64,000 nucleotides of DNA, taken from contig OZ245003.1 of the NCBI GenBank assembly GCA_965223425.1, positions 2,450,871 through 2,514,870 on the forward strand, read 5' to 3'. The notes below the pieces were generated by a model. The model had not been told where the DNA came from. It searched no databases and saw only the letters and a program-made list of their open reading frames with translations. The translations under genes and the position numbers were made by a program. This stretch comes from Nitrosopumilus sp. GTDB lineage: Archaea > Thermoproteota > Nitrososphaeria > Nitrososphaerales > Nitrosopumilaceae. Shown one piece after another: positions 28,850 through 39,488 of this stretch. Within the stretch, counting starts at the first letter, position 1, and the number at the start of each line of letters is the position of its first letter.

Positions 28850-29971
28850 TTAGTTGATCATTTCAATTTGTTTTTTAAATTCATTCCAGCCTGGTTTAGG
28901 ATTACCGTTGACATCTACAAGACCGGCGTTGCAAATATAGTGGTTTAGTCTTTCAATAACATAATCACTACTGCCCAAACCAGAGCCTCCTCCAACACTA
29001 ACGCTTTTATCGCCAATATCCTGTTGCGCTGCAACACAGGTACCTTCTGGCCTATCATACTGCCTGTACCACGTCAAAAATTCGATTTCAGGTTCATTTT
29101 CTGAATAAAATTTGAATAATTTGCCCAAGAAATCCTTTTGAGGGCCAGTACTCCCGCCTACAAAATCCGATGTACTCCAACTAATCTCAAAGAATCCAAT
29201 TTTTTTGTTTGGCACAATTTCAAATGCCTTTTCCAAGTCCTCTTTGGCCTCTTGTGGGGTTTTTACGATATCATTTAGAGTATCAACAGGAAAATATGAA
29301 AATGCAACAAAATCACCAATCGCTAAATCATCAACAATATGTGCCAACTCTTTATTTATCACATGATGTAATGCAAATGAATTTCCAAATTTTACATCAG
29401 GATGTTTCTCTTTTATTTTTTCATAAACTCCAGAAAACAGCTCTTTGTATACAGGAATGTTTTGTTCATGATAGCGAAATTGAGATTCTGTTTCACCGCC
29501 AACAATTACAGTATCTATGATAGAATACCGTGAAAGAATTGAATCTAGAACATTTACCAGTTTTTCTTCTCCAATAGAGTTAAGGGATGGTTTTCCTATC
29601 CAATCAGGAAATGGTCCTAATGTTTGCCCATTAATTATTGAAAAGAAGAGTGTTACCTTGAGATCATTTTTTTGGTTTAATCCCATCACTACATCTGACT
29701 GGCTCCAGTCAAATTCTCCTCGTTGAGGCTCGACAAGATTCCAAAACAGGTATACATTACTTCGACCGATTCCAGTTGTTGATGCGTCTGAAAAGACCTC
29801 ATCAACTTGCTGCAATGATACTGATTGGTTTGGGGAATTAATTACAAGGCCAATCTTTTCATTGGCTCTTTGAGCATTGTTGGTTTCTGAACTTGGTAAG
29901 GCCAAAACCCCAACTGCCATGGCAATAATCACGGCTATGCCTACGATCACGCCTAGGATCTTTTTGTCCAT
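28850..29971 (-). CDS. Membrane-anchored glycoside-hydrolase-like TIM-barrel protein
   Basis: N-terminal TM; W..VEP.RGEFDWS, GGETE, FSYFP, FFEISW resemble clan GH-A. Confidence 0.6.
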   Translation of the reverse strand: MDKKILGVIVGIAVIIAMAVGVLALPSSETNNAQRANEKIGLVINSPNQSVSLQQVDEVFSDASTTGIGRSNVYLFWNLVEPQRGEFDWSQSDVVMGLNQKNDLKVTLFFSIINGQTLGPFPDWIGKPSLNSIGEEKLVNVLDSILSRYSIIDTVIVGGETESQFRYHEQNIPVYKELFSGVYEKIKEKHPDVKFGNSFALHHVINKELAHIVDDLAIGDFVAFSYFPVDTLNDIVKTPQEAKEDLEKAFEIVPNKKIGFFEISWSTSDFVGGSTGPQKDFLGKLFKFYSENEPEIEFLTWYRQYDRPEGTCVAAQQDIGDKSVSVGGGSGLGSSDYVIERLNHYICNAGLVDVNGNPKPGWNEFKKQIEMIN

Positions 29972-30017
29972 ACAAATTGAAAAAGAGAAGAAAGTAAAAA
30001 AGTTGTGATCCTGTCAT

Positions 30018-32669
30018 CTATCCAGAAGTACAGCCGCTGTATCCACACTCAAGGCACATACTGCAGCCTTCTGCAAAGATAAGAGTATTTTTGCATGTCG
30101 GACACAAACGATCTTCTGAGACATCTTCTTGTTTTTGAGGTTCAGATTTAATTTCTTCGTCGTGCACTTTTAGTGCAAGCGCAGCGTTGACTTGAGACTT
30201 GATATACGGATTTGTGATATGTGTAGTCACATAATCCGTAATATGCTCACTTGGCAAAACCTCAAACGTCTTTTCTGCGTTTTCACTTGTCATGTGAAGT
30301 ACCTGCTTGTGTCTGGAACCATCACGGTAAACGGTAATTCCTTTCAGTCCTAGCTCATGTGCTAACAGATATGCAGATTTTACATCTTCTGCTGTTACAT
30401 CATATGGCATGTTGATTGTTTTTGCAATTGCGTTTCCAATCCAATCCTGCCATACTCCTTGAGCCATAAGATGATCGGCCCAGTGGATATCCATTGCCGT
30501 AACGAAGATATCTTGCATCCATTGTGGAATTTCAGGGATTCCTTTCAATGATCCATAGTTGTCGGCAATCTTTTCAAGGATTTCATCGTTGTAAAGATCA
30601 TTTTCTTTTAGGACTTCTTCAACTATCTTGTTTGTGTAGAAGAATCTTCCAACAGTGACTCTCTTTTCAAATACAAGAGCAAATGCAGGCTCCATTCCAT
30701 TTGAACAGTCTGCAATCATAGACAAGGTACCAGTCGGGGCAACTGTGGTGGCCAGGACATTTCTAATGCCATGTTTTTTGATTTTCTCAATTAGTGCATC
30801 CCATTCATAGGAATGAGACTCTTTTGGTTTCTCATAGTATCCTGCCACTGGGATCTTTCCTTCAGGGTATTCTGTCTTTGAACAAAGTGGGAATTCACCA
30901 CGAGATTTAGCAAGTGCAACACTTTCTTCCATGGAGTAATACGTCAGAGCTTCGGCTAGTTTTGATTGTAGCTCATATCCTTCTTTGGAGTTGTATGGAA
31001 TTCTTAGCTTATACAGGAGATCGGCTACCCCCATAACCCCAAGCCCGATTCTTCTGGATTCTTTTGACGCCACGTTGATTTCTGGAACCGGGTAGTTGTT
31101 TACATCAATGATGTTATCTAGGAATCTTGTTGTTTTTCTAATTGTTTCCTCATATCTTTGCCAGTCAAATTCATAGGTTCCGTCTGCTTGTCTCTTGACA
31201 AGATTTACCAAGTTGATAGAACCCAAGTTGCATGATTCGTATGGATAGAGGCTTTGTTCGCCACATGGATTTGTTGCCCTTAGTGGCGCTTGCCTGGCTT
31301 TGGCAAATACATTGTACTTGTTAATTTGATCAAAGAAGATCAGTCCAGGTTCTGCACTTTTCCATGCAGATAACGCAATCAGATCAATTAACTGGTGTGC
31401 ATTAATTTCTTTAACCGGTTTTTTGTCACGCGGACTGCGTAAGACATAGTTACCATCTGCAGTGTTAACAAGTGAATGCCAAAAGTCTTCCCAGATACCA
31501 ACACTAACGTTAAAGTTTTCTAAAATACCTGGCTCTGTTTTGTTTGTGATGAATTTTTCAACATCAGGATGCCACGATTCAATGATTCCCATGTTTGCGC
31601 CGCGTCTTTTTCCTCCCTGTTTGACAACTTCAGTTACAGTATTGATAATATTCATGAAGGACACGGGACCGGATGCAACACCGGATGTTGATGCTACAAT
31701 ATCACCTTCCTCACGAAGATCAGAGTAGTTGATTCCCACCCCACCGCCGGACTTGAAGATTAGTGCCGCATCAGAGGTTGATTTCATGATTTGTTCCATA
31801 TCATCTTCCATTCCAAGTACAAAACACGCTGAGAGCTGTCCTAACCTTCCACCTGCATTCATCATTGTTGGCGAATTGGGGAGAAAGTCTTGTGATGTCA
31901 TCAGTTCAAAGTATTCTGTTATTTTGTCTGCATAACTGTCAAGCTTCTTTGCCACTAGTAATGTCAAAAGATCTTTGAAGCTGACTTTCATTTGATTTTT
32001 GTTTGCAAGTGTTACGTAGTGGTTGATTAAGGATCGAAAATGCCACTTGTTGAGGTAATAATACCCTACTTTGAATTTATAATCAAAGGCATCTAGTTTT
32101 TCAAGATAAGATTGTGCTTCATCTATATCCTGTGTGGTGTTTCCTGTTTTGTCAAACACTTGCGAGTCATACAGAACATCGCCTAGTCCGACCAGAATTG
32201 CAACTCTTTCAAACATCTGGGTTGGGGATTCGATAATCTCATTTTTACCGTTTTTGAAAAGATATCTTGAGGCCAAGACTCGGAGACAGTTCAAATCAAA
32301 CTTTTTAGAGACAGGATCAAGAGACTTTAGATTCAAGACCTTCATTTTTTCGTCTCTTAACTTTCTTCGCTCGTGCCTGTAAACGATGTATGCTTTTGCT
32401 ATATCGCTATTACCGCTATCGATTAAAGTTGACTCTACAATATCCTGAATATCTTCAACAGTTGGCGTTCGAGAACTGGTAAATCCCTGTTCCACTAGTT
32501 TGTCAACTACATTCTCTGCGAGCTGATCGGCTAGGCCACGATCGGCTTTAGATGTGGCCACCAATGCCCTAAAGATGGCATTTGAAATTTTATCTTTGTT
32601 GAAAGCCGTTACTGCGCCACTGCGCTTACGGATCTCATTGATAGTGTTTTCTATTTGTGAATTATCCAA
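30018..32669 (-). CDS. nrdJ: Class II (adenosylcobalamin) ribonucleotide reductase with ATP cone
   Basis: ATP cone, PNSPT, QLSACFV, RRGANM, TNPCGE, VAPTGT, YRDGSR, C-terminal Cys pairs. Confidence 0.95.
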   Translation of the reverse strand: MDNSQIENTINEIRKRSGAVTAFNKDKISNAIFRALVATSKADRGLADQLAENVVDKLVEQGFTSSRTPTVEDIQDIVESTLIDSGNSDIAKAYIVYRHERRKLRDEKMKVLNLKSLDPVSKKFDLNCLRVLASRYLFKNGKNEIIESPTQMFERVAILVGLGDVLYDSQVFDKTGNTTQDIDEAQSYLEKLDAFDYKFKVGYYYLNKWHFRSLINHYVTLANKNQMKVSFKDLLTLLVAKKLDSYADKITEYFELMTSQDFLPNSPTMMNAGGRLGQLSACFVLGMEDDMEQIMKSTSDAALIFKSGGGVGINYSDLREEGDIVASTSGVASGPVSFMNIINTVTEVVKQGGKRRGANMGIIESWHPDVEKFITNKTEPGILENFNVSVGIWEDFWHSLVNTADGNYVLRSPRDKKPVKEINAHQLIDLIALSAWKSAEPGLIFFDQINKYNVFAKARQAPLRATNPCGEQSLYPYESCNLGSINLVNLVKRQADGTYEFDWQRYEETIRKTTRFLDNIIDVNNYPVPEINVASKESRRIGLGVMGVADLLYKLRIPYNSKEGYELQSKLAEALTYYSMEESVALAKSRGEFPLCSKTEYPEGKIPVAGYYEKPKESHSYEWDALIEKIKKHGIRNVLATTVAPTGTLSMIADCSNGMEPAFALVFEKRVTVGRFFYTNKIVEEVLKENDLYNDEILEKIADNYGSLKGIPEIPQWMQDIFVTAMDIHWADHLMAQGVWQDWIGNAIAKTINMPYDVTAEDVKSAYLLAHELGLKGITVYRDGSRHKQVLHMTSENAEKTFEVLPSEHITDYVTTHITNPYIKSQVNAALALKVHDEEIKSEPQKQEDVSEDRLCPTCKNTLIFAEGCSMCLECGYSGCTSG

Positions 32670-32873
32670 TTATAATCTCCCCGCAAGGGTTAGAATGAAT
32701 GTGGTTATAACTGATTCCACAATTTTTTCTTCAAGCTCGGTTCAAAAATATTGACACCGCTACTATGAACTTCATACTGGCATAACTTTGCAATGGGCTA
32801 CGATGATCGCTAGATCTGAAACTAATCAAATAATTTTAAAAAATGATCGCAACTAGTTTTTAATTTACGAAAT

Positions 32874-34967
32874 TCAGACGACATATGGGGACTTGCACCT
32901 TGGACATTTGCCTTCAAATGGTTCATCTTTGAAGCCACATTCACCACATATTGTAACTTTCTTTACAGGTTTGAAGGAAGAAACAAGCGTGGAGGCCTTT
33001 TCAATTGATTTTTTGATTACACCGACCTTTGTGTCTTTGTCAATTTTCAGGGTTACAAGCAATCCTCCACTGAGTGATTTTGATATCTTGTTACATTCAG
33101 AGATATGTTCACTTTTGTTGGTATAGTTGGCAACTTCAGATGCGTCAATCACGACACCCTCAGAATAAGAGTCACTTTCCATCGAATTGAGAGCAGAATT
33201 CTTGCCATATTTCTCACCATCCAGACTGGCAAAACGGCGGGAGCCTTCAGTTTCGGTCATGGAGATAGTCACGGGATCTCCTAGTTCCTTGCCCTTTTTG
33301 GCTGCAACATCAACTGCAGTTTCGATGACTTTGTAAAGAATACCGCGTCCCTCTTTGTTGTCTTGGAATCCAAGTATGTTAAAGACTGCTTCTTTGAGTC
33401 CCACCAAGTTTATGACAAGAGAGACAGAACTTCTTTGCATGTATTGTGTATTTTTTGCAAGAATCGGGTTTAATCCCCTTCTAGTAAGATCAGAGACGTC
33501 TTTTTTTCTTAACGCCATTGAAGACAGTGCAGGCTTCATCAGTAACGCAAGTCTTGCTCTAAAGTAAGTCTCATCTTTGTTTGATTCAAAAGCAAGTCGT
33601 GGAAGGTTTATGGAAACAGATTGCAGTGCTATCGAAAGCGAACCGGCATTCCTTGTAGATCCGTTTGTTACACCATAGCTTGATGTTTGGCCTTTGGCAA
33701 ACATTACTTTTCCACCAAGTGAGATTATTTCAGCAGCCGACTCTGAAACATCAGTGATCTTTCCCTTCTCACGATCTATGATCAAGCCGATTTTTGGAAT
33801 TGGTGTTATCTTTGTGTAATTTTTGTATGCGTTAATAATTGCATTGATTGTTTTTGTATCAGAGCCCAACTGTAATCTAATTGAGATGTTGGTGCTTGCT
33901 TTGTTGTATTTGGAGGTTGTAGATGCGGTTGCAAATGCATCGGTTAGCCTTTGTTCAAGTTCTGTACGGGATTTTGAATGTTTGGCAAACAATGGAGCTA
34001 ATCCATCAAGTACGATTTCTTGTGAGGCCTCTTTTGAAAGAAGAGAAATTATAATGGATAATGCGCCTGTAATTTCATCAAGTTGTTTTGATGCAGGAAT
34101 CCGCGATACGTTAAGATGTTTTCCGCCAAGATCAATTCCATTTTCAACCAATTCCTTAACGTTAACAAACACTGTGTCAGGAATCATAGACCAGACTCCA
34201 GGATTTGTAATATGCAAGTCTCCAGACAGATGGGAATCTGCAACGTCTTTTGGTAAAATGTTAGTAAGCAAATGTTCGGCAAATACGCGCTGTCCAGTGC
34301 TAAACAGGAGGCCTTCAGCGCCGTTATCTACGTCATCCAGGTTTGAAATCATCTCTTTTACGTCATTAACAGGCAGGCCTAGGCGTGCAAGTTTGTTCCT
34401 GTATTCCTCATGACCGTGCTCTAGGAGAACAGAGTTCACCATTTCTCGAATAAGCGAGCCTGTTAGATATGTAGTCTGATATTTGTAAATTCTGTTCTCA
34501 ACTTCTTCGGTAATTTTTTGTGCAAGTTCTAATGGAAGACTGCCCTCACGAACTAGTGATTGAATAATTTTATGAGAATTAAACTCTTCAATGGATTCAT
34601 GTGATGTTCTGACATACATTTTTCCACTTTCAATGATTGATCTCTCTTCAATTTGTCTTGCCAAGCTCAAAACTAACTTTCCCAGATTAGTGATGGTGTA
34701 ACGTCTTTCAGATTTGTTGAGTGCAACAAGGGACTGTCTTAGCAGTTTCCGCAAATGGTATGCAAATTTTCCACTTTCCTTTTTTGATTTGAAGCCGGCC
34801 AGTGACTTTAGCTCAGAATAAGTCAAAGGGCCTTTAGAATTCAGGATTCTGAGGATGTCAATTCTGTTTGGACTTGCCATGACAGAAAAGATCATTCTGA
34901 CACGCTTTGACGTAGATTGCAATATGCCACTTCTCTTTAATTCTGAGACCCCTTCGCTCAACTCCAT
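32874..34967 (-). CDS. wHTH + ATP-cone + NrdD-like fold fusion lacking catalytic motifs
   Basis: ArsR-like HTH; ATP cone (MYVRTS..IEEFN..KI); HLSGDLHI, SINLPRLA; terminal CGEC..CPRC with no glycyl-radical loop. Confidence 0.75.
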   Translation of the reverse strand: MELSEGVSELKRSGILQSTSKRVRMIFSVMASPNRIDILRILNSKGPLTYSELKSLAGFKSKKESGKFAYHLRKLLRQSLVALNKSERRYTITNLGKLVLSLARQIEERSIIESGKMYVRTSHESIEEFNSHKIIQSLVREGSLPLELAQKITEEVENRIYKYQTTYLTGSLIREMVNSVLLEHGHEEYRNKLARLGLPVNDVKEMISNLDDVDNGAEGLLFSTGQRVFAEHLLTNILPKDVADSHLSGDLHITNPGVWSMIPDTVFVNVKELVENGIDLGGKHLNVSRIPASKQLDEITGALSIIISLLSKEASQEIVLDGLAPLFAKHSKSRTELEQRLTDAFATASTTSKYNKASTNISIRLQLGSDTKTINAIINAYKNYTKITPIPKIGLIIDREKGKITDVSESAAEIISLGGKVMFAKGQTSSYGVTNGSTRNAGSLSIALQSVSINLPRLAFESNKDETYFRARLALLMKPALSSMALRKKDVSDLTRRGLNPILAKNTQYMQRSSVSLVINLVGLKEAVFNILGFQDNKEGRGILYKVIETAVDVAAKKGKELGDPVTISMTETEGSRRFASLDGEKYGKNSALNSMESDSYSEGVVIDASEVANYTNKSEHISECNKISKSLSGGLLVTLKIDKDTKVGVIKKSIEKASTLVSSFKPVKKVTICGECGFKDEPFEGKCPRCKSPYVV

Positions 34968-35119
34968 GCATTTTTCTAAATTAAGGACTAAATAAGACTT
35001 GTGACTAGATTATTTGAGACGGTTTTTGATCAGATCGTTGTTAAGAAACAACAATTTGTAACATCAACGATCTAATTTTTTTAAAAACGTAAAAATGATC
35101 TTGGTGAGATCATCTGGGA

Positions 35120-35281
35120 TCAGTTTTCATGGACATCAAGTGAAAACTCTGATGTAGAAAGTTTTTGTCCGCAAGAAGGACACTTGCCATCATAGGAATT
35201 CATTACGTCTTTTAGTGGTTTTAACATCTTCATGTTTGTGATCTTTTCACCACATTTACCACATGTAATTTCTACAGACAT
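35120..35281 (-). CDS. Small Zn-ribbon protein (53 aa)
   Basis: Hand translation MSVEITCGKCG...KCPSCGQKL; below the ORF-track cutoff. Confidence 0.75.
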   Translation of the reverse strand: MSVEITCGKCGEKITNMKMLKPLKDVMNSYDGKCPSCGQKLSTSEFSLDVHEN

Positions 35282-35351
35282 GAAGATGATCAGCCATACA
35301 AAATAATTAAGAATCGGTTCTGATTTTTTTTAATAATTCAGGCAAATTATT

Positions 35352-35717
35352 TTACTGTTTTTCGATGATAATCCCACGTTCATCAAAGCCAGTAATTTTG
35401 GCGGGGGTTCCGACTGGCAGGTCTGCAGGGGCAGCAACCCCTCCCATAAATCCAGAAATTCTCAAATCTGAGGCATCTAGCTGAAGTATGACAAAGGCAT
35501 ATGGGGTGTACTTTTCAAAGCCTGCAGGGGCGACTGTAATTATGGTGTAGGTGGCAATCGTGCCTGTGCCCTCCAAAAGAACATCTTCAAACCCCTTACT
35601 TCCACATTTTAGGCAATAATAAGCAGTGGACAGGTGAAGATGGCCACAGCTAGTACATTTGTGAGTTAGGAGCTTGCCCTGTTTGGCATTTTCAATAACT
35701 TGTTCCTCAACAGACAT
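35352..35717 (-). CDS. DUF35 Zn-ribbon/OB-fold thiolase partner
   Basis: CTSCG..CLKCGS, GTIATYT, PYAF; adjacent to thiolase. Confidence 0.85.
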   Translation of the reverse strand: MSVEEQVIENAKQGKLLTHKCTSCGHLHLSTAYYCLKCGSKGFEDVLLEGTGTIATYTIITVAPAGFEKYTPYAFVILQLDASDLRISGFMGGVAAPADLPVGTPAKITGFDERGIIIEKQ

Positions 35718-35718
35718 G

Positions 35719-36882
35719 TTACACACTCTGGAATATATGAACAGCACAACTTGCGCCTGTTGCGCCAAAGTTATGAGTTAAACCAACTTTTGCATCTTTA
35801 ACAGCTCTTTCACCGGCATTTCCAGTTAATTGATCATATACTTCTACTACTTGTCCAATACCGGTGGCTCCAATTGGGTGTCCTTTGGATTTAAGGCCAC
35901 CTGAAGGGTTAATTGAAATATCAGAATTTAGTTTTGTCCTATCTTCACGGACAGCTTCAACACCTTTTCCTTTTTCAAAGAATCCCAAATCTTCAGTATC
36001 AACTACTTCTGCAACTGTAAAACAGTCATGCACTTCAGCAAAGTCGATATCTTTTGCAGTAACACCTGCCATCTCGTATGCTGCTTCAGATGCAATCTTT
36101 GTACTAGGGATTGTTGTCATATGTTCACGCCCTTGCAATGCAGCAGGTGATCCGCCTCTGCCTGATCCAATTACCTCAATGTAGTCACCACCGTGTTCTT
36201 TTGCAAACTTTTCAGAACAAAGAATAACGGAGCTTGCACCATCAGAGAACGGACAGCAATCATAAAGTTTCAGAGGGCTTGCAACTACTGCAGAGTTCAT
36301 TACATCATCAATTGTAATTTTCTTCTGCATGTGAGCCTTTGGGTTCAATGCACCGTTATCATGGTTCTTTACTGCAACTTTTGCAAAATCTTCTTCAGTT
36401 GCATCAAACTCTGTCAAATAGGCTCTAGCCATCGATGCAAACAATCCTGGGAACGATGCGCCTGCTTGACCTTCGTAGAAAAAGTCCGAACAATACGCAA
36501 AGTAAGTTGTTGTCCATTCAGTTCCCGTGTGAGTTACTTTTTCAACACCGGTTGCAATAAGGCAATCATAAAATCCTGCGGCAATGTTTGCATAGGCTTC
36601 TCTAAAAGATACAGAGCCACTTCCACATGCAGACTCTATTGTTAATGACGGCTTGTCCGGAATTCCCAATCTACTCATCAAGACGGGTCCAATGTGTACC
36701 TGCTTGTCTGCAACCCCGAAAACATTTGAAATATAGGATGCCTTGATGTCTTTTGGATCAATTCCTGCACTTTCTATGGCTGAAACTGACGCTTGAGTGG
36801 CAATATCGGCAATACTGCCTGATAATTTTCCATATTTGGTGCTACCTGCACCAAGAACACAAACCTTCTCCACAAATGTCAC
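35719..36882 (-). CDS. Thiolase (acetyl-CoA C-acetyltransferase, archaeal type)
   Basis: ESACGSG, VKNH.N..LNPKAH, EVHDCFT, NPSGGL..KGHPIGATG. Confidence 0.92.
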   Translation of the reverse strand: MTFVEKVCVLGAGSTKYGKLSGSIADIATQASVSAIESAGIDPKDIKASYISNVFGVADKQVHIGPVLMSRLGIPDKPSLTIESACGSGSVSFREAYANIAAGFYDCLIATGVEKVTHTGTEWTTTYFAYCSDFFYEGQAGASFPGLFASMARAYLTEFDATEEDFAKVAVKNHDNGALNPKAHMQKKITIDDVMNSAVVASPLKLYDCCPFSDGASSVILCSEKFAKEHGGDYIEVIGSGRGGSPAALQGREHMTTIPSTKIASEAAYEMAGVTAKDIDFAEVHDCFTVAEVVDTEDLGFFEKGKGVEAVREDRTKLNSDISINPSGGLKSKGHPIGATGIGQVVEVYDQLTGNAGERAVKDAKVGLTHNFGATGASCAVHIFQSV

Positions 36883-36929
36883 TGACCAAAGTCCCTATAA
36901 AAATCGTTTTAGTAAATTCATCATAGAAA

Positions 36930-37394
36930 ATGCCACCAAAGAAAAAAATTCTTCAAGCTGTTCAAATTAAAAAGGCTGCAAGACATGTAGCAAAAACTAC
37001 AAAGTCAAAAACCGATGCCTTCAAAAAAGAGGTTATTCAATATTTGGATGGCAATGGATACCTCTCTTGGTCCTCAAAAGAGAGGAAATACGTGATTCTT
37101 GGTACCAATTCTCCAAAAAAGGGACTTGTGCAGTGTCCCCAATGTAAGCTTGGAGAACTAATGGTGATTAGATCACGAACAACAAGAAAACGATTCATTG
37201 GTTGTTCAAACTTTTATGGCGGATGCAAAGCCTCATCGCCACTATTGCAAAAAGCAAAACTTAGAGCAACAAAAAGTCCTTGTGATGTATGTAAATGGCC
37301 AATTATAATTTTTCGCTATTCACGAAAACAAAAATGGACAAAACAGTGCTCAAATTTTAATTGTAAAAGCAGAAAGCCTAAGCCTTCAAAGTAG
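36930..37394 (+). CDS. Topoisomerase C4 Zn-finger domain protein
   Basis: CPQC...RFIGCSNF..C, CDVC, CSNFNC. Confidence 0.8.
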   Translation: MPPKKKILQAVQIKKAARHVAKTTKSKTDAFKKEVIQYLDGNGYLSWSSKERKYVILGTNSPKKGLVQCPQCKLGELMVIRSRTTRKRFIGCSNFYGGCKASSPLLQKAKLRATKSPCDVCKWPIIIFRYSRKQKWTKQCSNFNCKSRKPKPSK

Positions 37395-38184
37395 GATAGA
37401 CATCTGTTCTTCTGTTTTTAAGTAACGGTAAAACTTTTCGTGTTTGCTTTACCCTGTTTAAATCAATGGTAGCAAAACCCATTCCCTGCTTCTTTTTCAT
37501 GTCAAGTAAGATTTTTCCATATGGATCAACTATCAAGCTTCTTCCACAGTAAATATTCCCAACCTGATCGGGTGCAATTACATAGCACCCATTTTCAATT
37601 GCTCGCGTTTTGTTAATCGTAATCCAATGCTCTTCCTTCATGCTACCCTTAACCCAAGCAGACGGCACAACTAAGACTTCAGAACCGGCAGCTGCAAGAG
37701 AGCGTGACATCTCTGGAAATCTTAGGTCATAACAGATCATCATGCCAACTTTTCCTAGTGAGGTATTTACAGGCTTTGCAATCTTTGATCCTGAGACCAT
37801 TTTGTCTGATTCTCGGAATCCTAATGCATCATAGAGGTGAATTTTTCTATATGTAGAAATTACTTTGCCTGACTTGTCAACGACAAAAGAAGTGTCATAT
37901 ACGCGATCTTTTTTTCTGCTCTTTTCATAAAATGAGCCTATAACTTGGATATGGTTTTCTTTTGCCGCTTTTGCAATTGTTGTGACAAAATTTCCTTTAA
38001 CTGTTTCGGCCAAGTTTGCTAGCTGCTTTGGAGTTTGAGCGGAATTTGTATAAAACATCATAAATTCTGGAAACGCACACAATGTTGCATCTTTTGAAGC
38101 TGCTTTTGAGATATATGAAATAATTTTTTTTAGATTAGTTTCTTTGTTAGTTGATGCTTTGAATTGGACTACTCCGACTTTCAT
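37378..38184 (-). CDS. Carbon-nitrogen hydrolase (Nit1-like)
   Basis: FPE, YRKIHL, ICYDLRFPE catalytic triad; RAIEN. Confidence 0.9.
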   Translation of the reverse strand: MKVGVVQFKASTNKETNLKKIISYISKAASKDATLCAFPEFMMFYTNSAQTPKQLANLAETVKGNFVTTIAKAAKENHIQVIGSFYEKSRKKDRVYDTSFVVDKSGKVISTYRKIHLYDALGFRESDKMVSGSKIAKPVNTSLGKVGMMICYDLRFPEMSRSLAAAGSEVLVVPSAWVKGSMKEEHWITINKTRAIENGCYVIAPDQVGNIYCGRSLIVDPYGKILLDMKKKQGMGFATIDLNRVKQTRKVLPLLKNRRTDVYPTLKA

Positions 38185-38356
38185 GTGATTGATTAATCAA
38201 ATGGCAATAAAAGGATAAACCGTTGGCAAACCACCAAATGTACCATTTTGTTATTATGCAAGCTTGTTCTAAAAATGGCATACTGACCATAGTTAGTGTG
38301 TGTATGTGCACACCGTGGCCGGAGGTTTAGTCCAGTCGATTCTTTTTTAAAAATAA

Positions 38357-38533
38357 TTAAAGTTGGTTTCCTGCCAAAAACCAGTTTTCTTTAGGATTGT
38401 CTTCAAAAACAACAATTACGTGACTCTCTTTTGTTTTTAGAATCTCAACTGCTGACTTTGTGATTGCTTTTGCATATTCATCTTTTTGTTCCTGTGATCT
38501 TCCAGGATACATTGACACTGTAATCAAAGGCAT
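38357..38533 (-). CDS. 4-oxalocrotonate tautomerase-family protein (58 aa)
   Basis: Hand translation MPLITVSMYPGRSQEQK...VVFED.PKENWFLAG; catalytic Pro-1. Confidence 0.85.
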   Translation of the reverse strand: MPLITVSMYPGRSQEQKDEYAKAITKSAVEILKTKESHVIVVFEDNPKENWFLAGNQL

Positions 38534-38566
38534 AAGAAATTCAAACAGATTCGGTGATTTATTCTT

Positions 38567-39343
38567 TCAATAGTCTGGTCTGTAACCATATCTTGTTCCG
38601 TACATAAAATCAGAGCTGTGTGTTTTTTTGTAAAGATAGCCTGTGGCTAAACCTATTACAAATCCTCCAATGTGGGCAAGATATGCAACACCTCCACCTG
38701 CAACACCGAATCCGCCAATGAAAAACGGTAGCAGGTTTTGGAAGACTAGCCAGAATGGCAGGAACCATCGAGCCTGAATGTGCATCATTCTCCAAAAGAA
38801 TCCCATCATCAAGAAAGTTTGGATTCTAGCTTTTGGAAAAATAACAAGATAGGCCCCCAGCACTCCAGAGATTGCCCCTGATGCACCTACTGCAGGAATT
38901 ACGCTGCTGGTATCACCATAAATGTGAACTAGGCCTGCACCAACTCCCCACATGAGATAAATTCCAAGGTACTTTGCCTTTCCAAATTTTTGTTCAATGT
39001 TATCACCGAAGATCCACAAAAACAGCATGTTTCCTCCAAGATGCATCAAACCGCCATGCATGAATGTTGAAGTAATCAAAGAGAGGTATGGAGTGGTAGG
39101 ACATGAAAATCTATCAGGTCCTGCACCAAAATCAATTGTAGAAAAAGTTGCACCTGTTATACAATTTGGAACTGCACCCCAATTGTAAAACATTGCAAAT
39201 GCATTTTGGTTCGTAAAGTCAAAAAATTGCCCGGTATACGCAACCTCCATAAAAAATACAGCCACATTGATTATGATCAAGGCATAAGTTACCTTTGGTT
39301 TGAAACCTGGAGGATGTGGGTTTTCATCTCTTAGTGGAAGCAT
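38567..39343 (-). CDS. Rhomboid intramembrane serine protease
   Basis: HGG.MHL.GNM, GASGAISG, AY.AHIGGF. Confidence 0.92.
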   Translation of the reverse strand: MLPLRDENPHPPGFKPKVTYALIIINVAVFFMEVAYTGQFFDFTNQNAFAMFYNWGAVPNCITGATFSTIDFGAGPDRFSCPTTPYLSLITSTFMHGGLMHLGGNMLFLWIFGDNIEQKFGKAKYLGIYLMWGVGAGLVHIYGDTSSVIPAVGASGAISGVLGAYLVIFPKARIQTFLMMGFFWRMMHIQARWFLPFWLVFQNLLPFFIGGFGVAGGGVAYLAHIGGFVIGLATGYLYKKTHSSDFMYGTRYGYRPDY

Positions 39344-39488
39344 TGGCTGTTTAGGTTCATTGAAATTTGTATAATAAGATTATTCAGGATATGGAAAAAG
39401 ATGAGAGGCAGGCAAAAAGATGACTCTTCTGTTTCTCGCCCAACTATGGCCTGTATGGTAATTTTATTCCATAATAGGTAAAAAAAAC

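Noticed and set aside
32670-32873. Cobalamin riboswitch upstream of nrdJ
   Set aside because: No recognisable B12-box or core motifs in this AT-rich spacer
32874-34967. Functional anaerobic class III RNR
   Set aside because: No glycyl-radical loop, no catalytic Cys, no activase nearby
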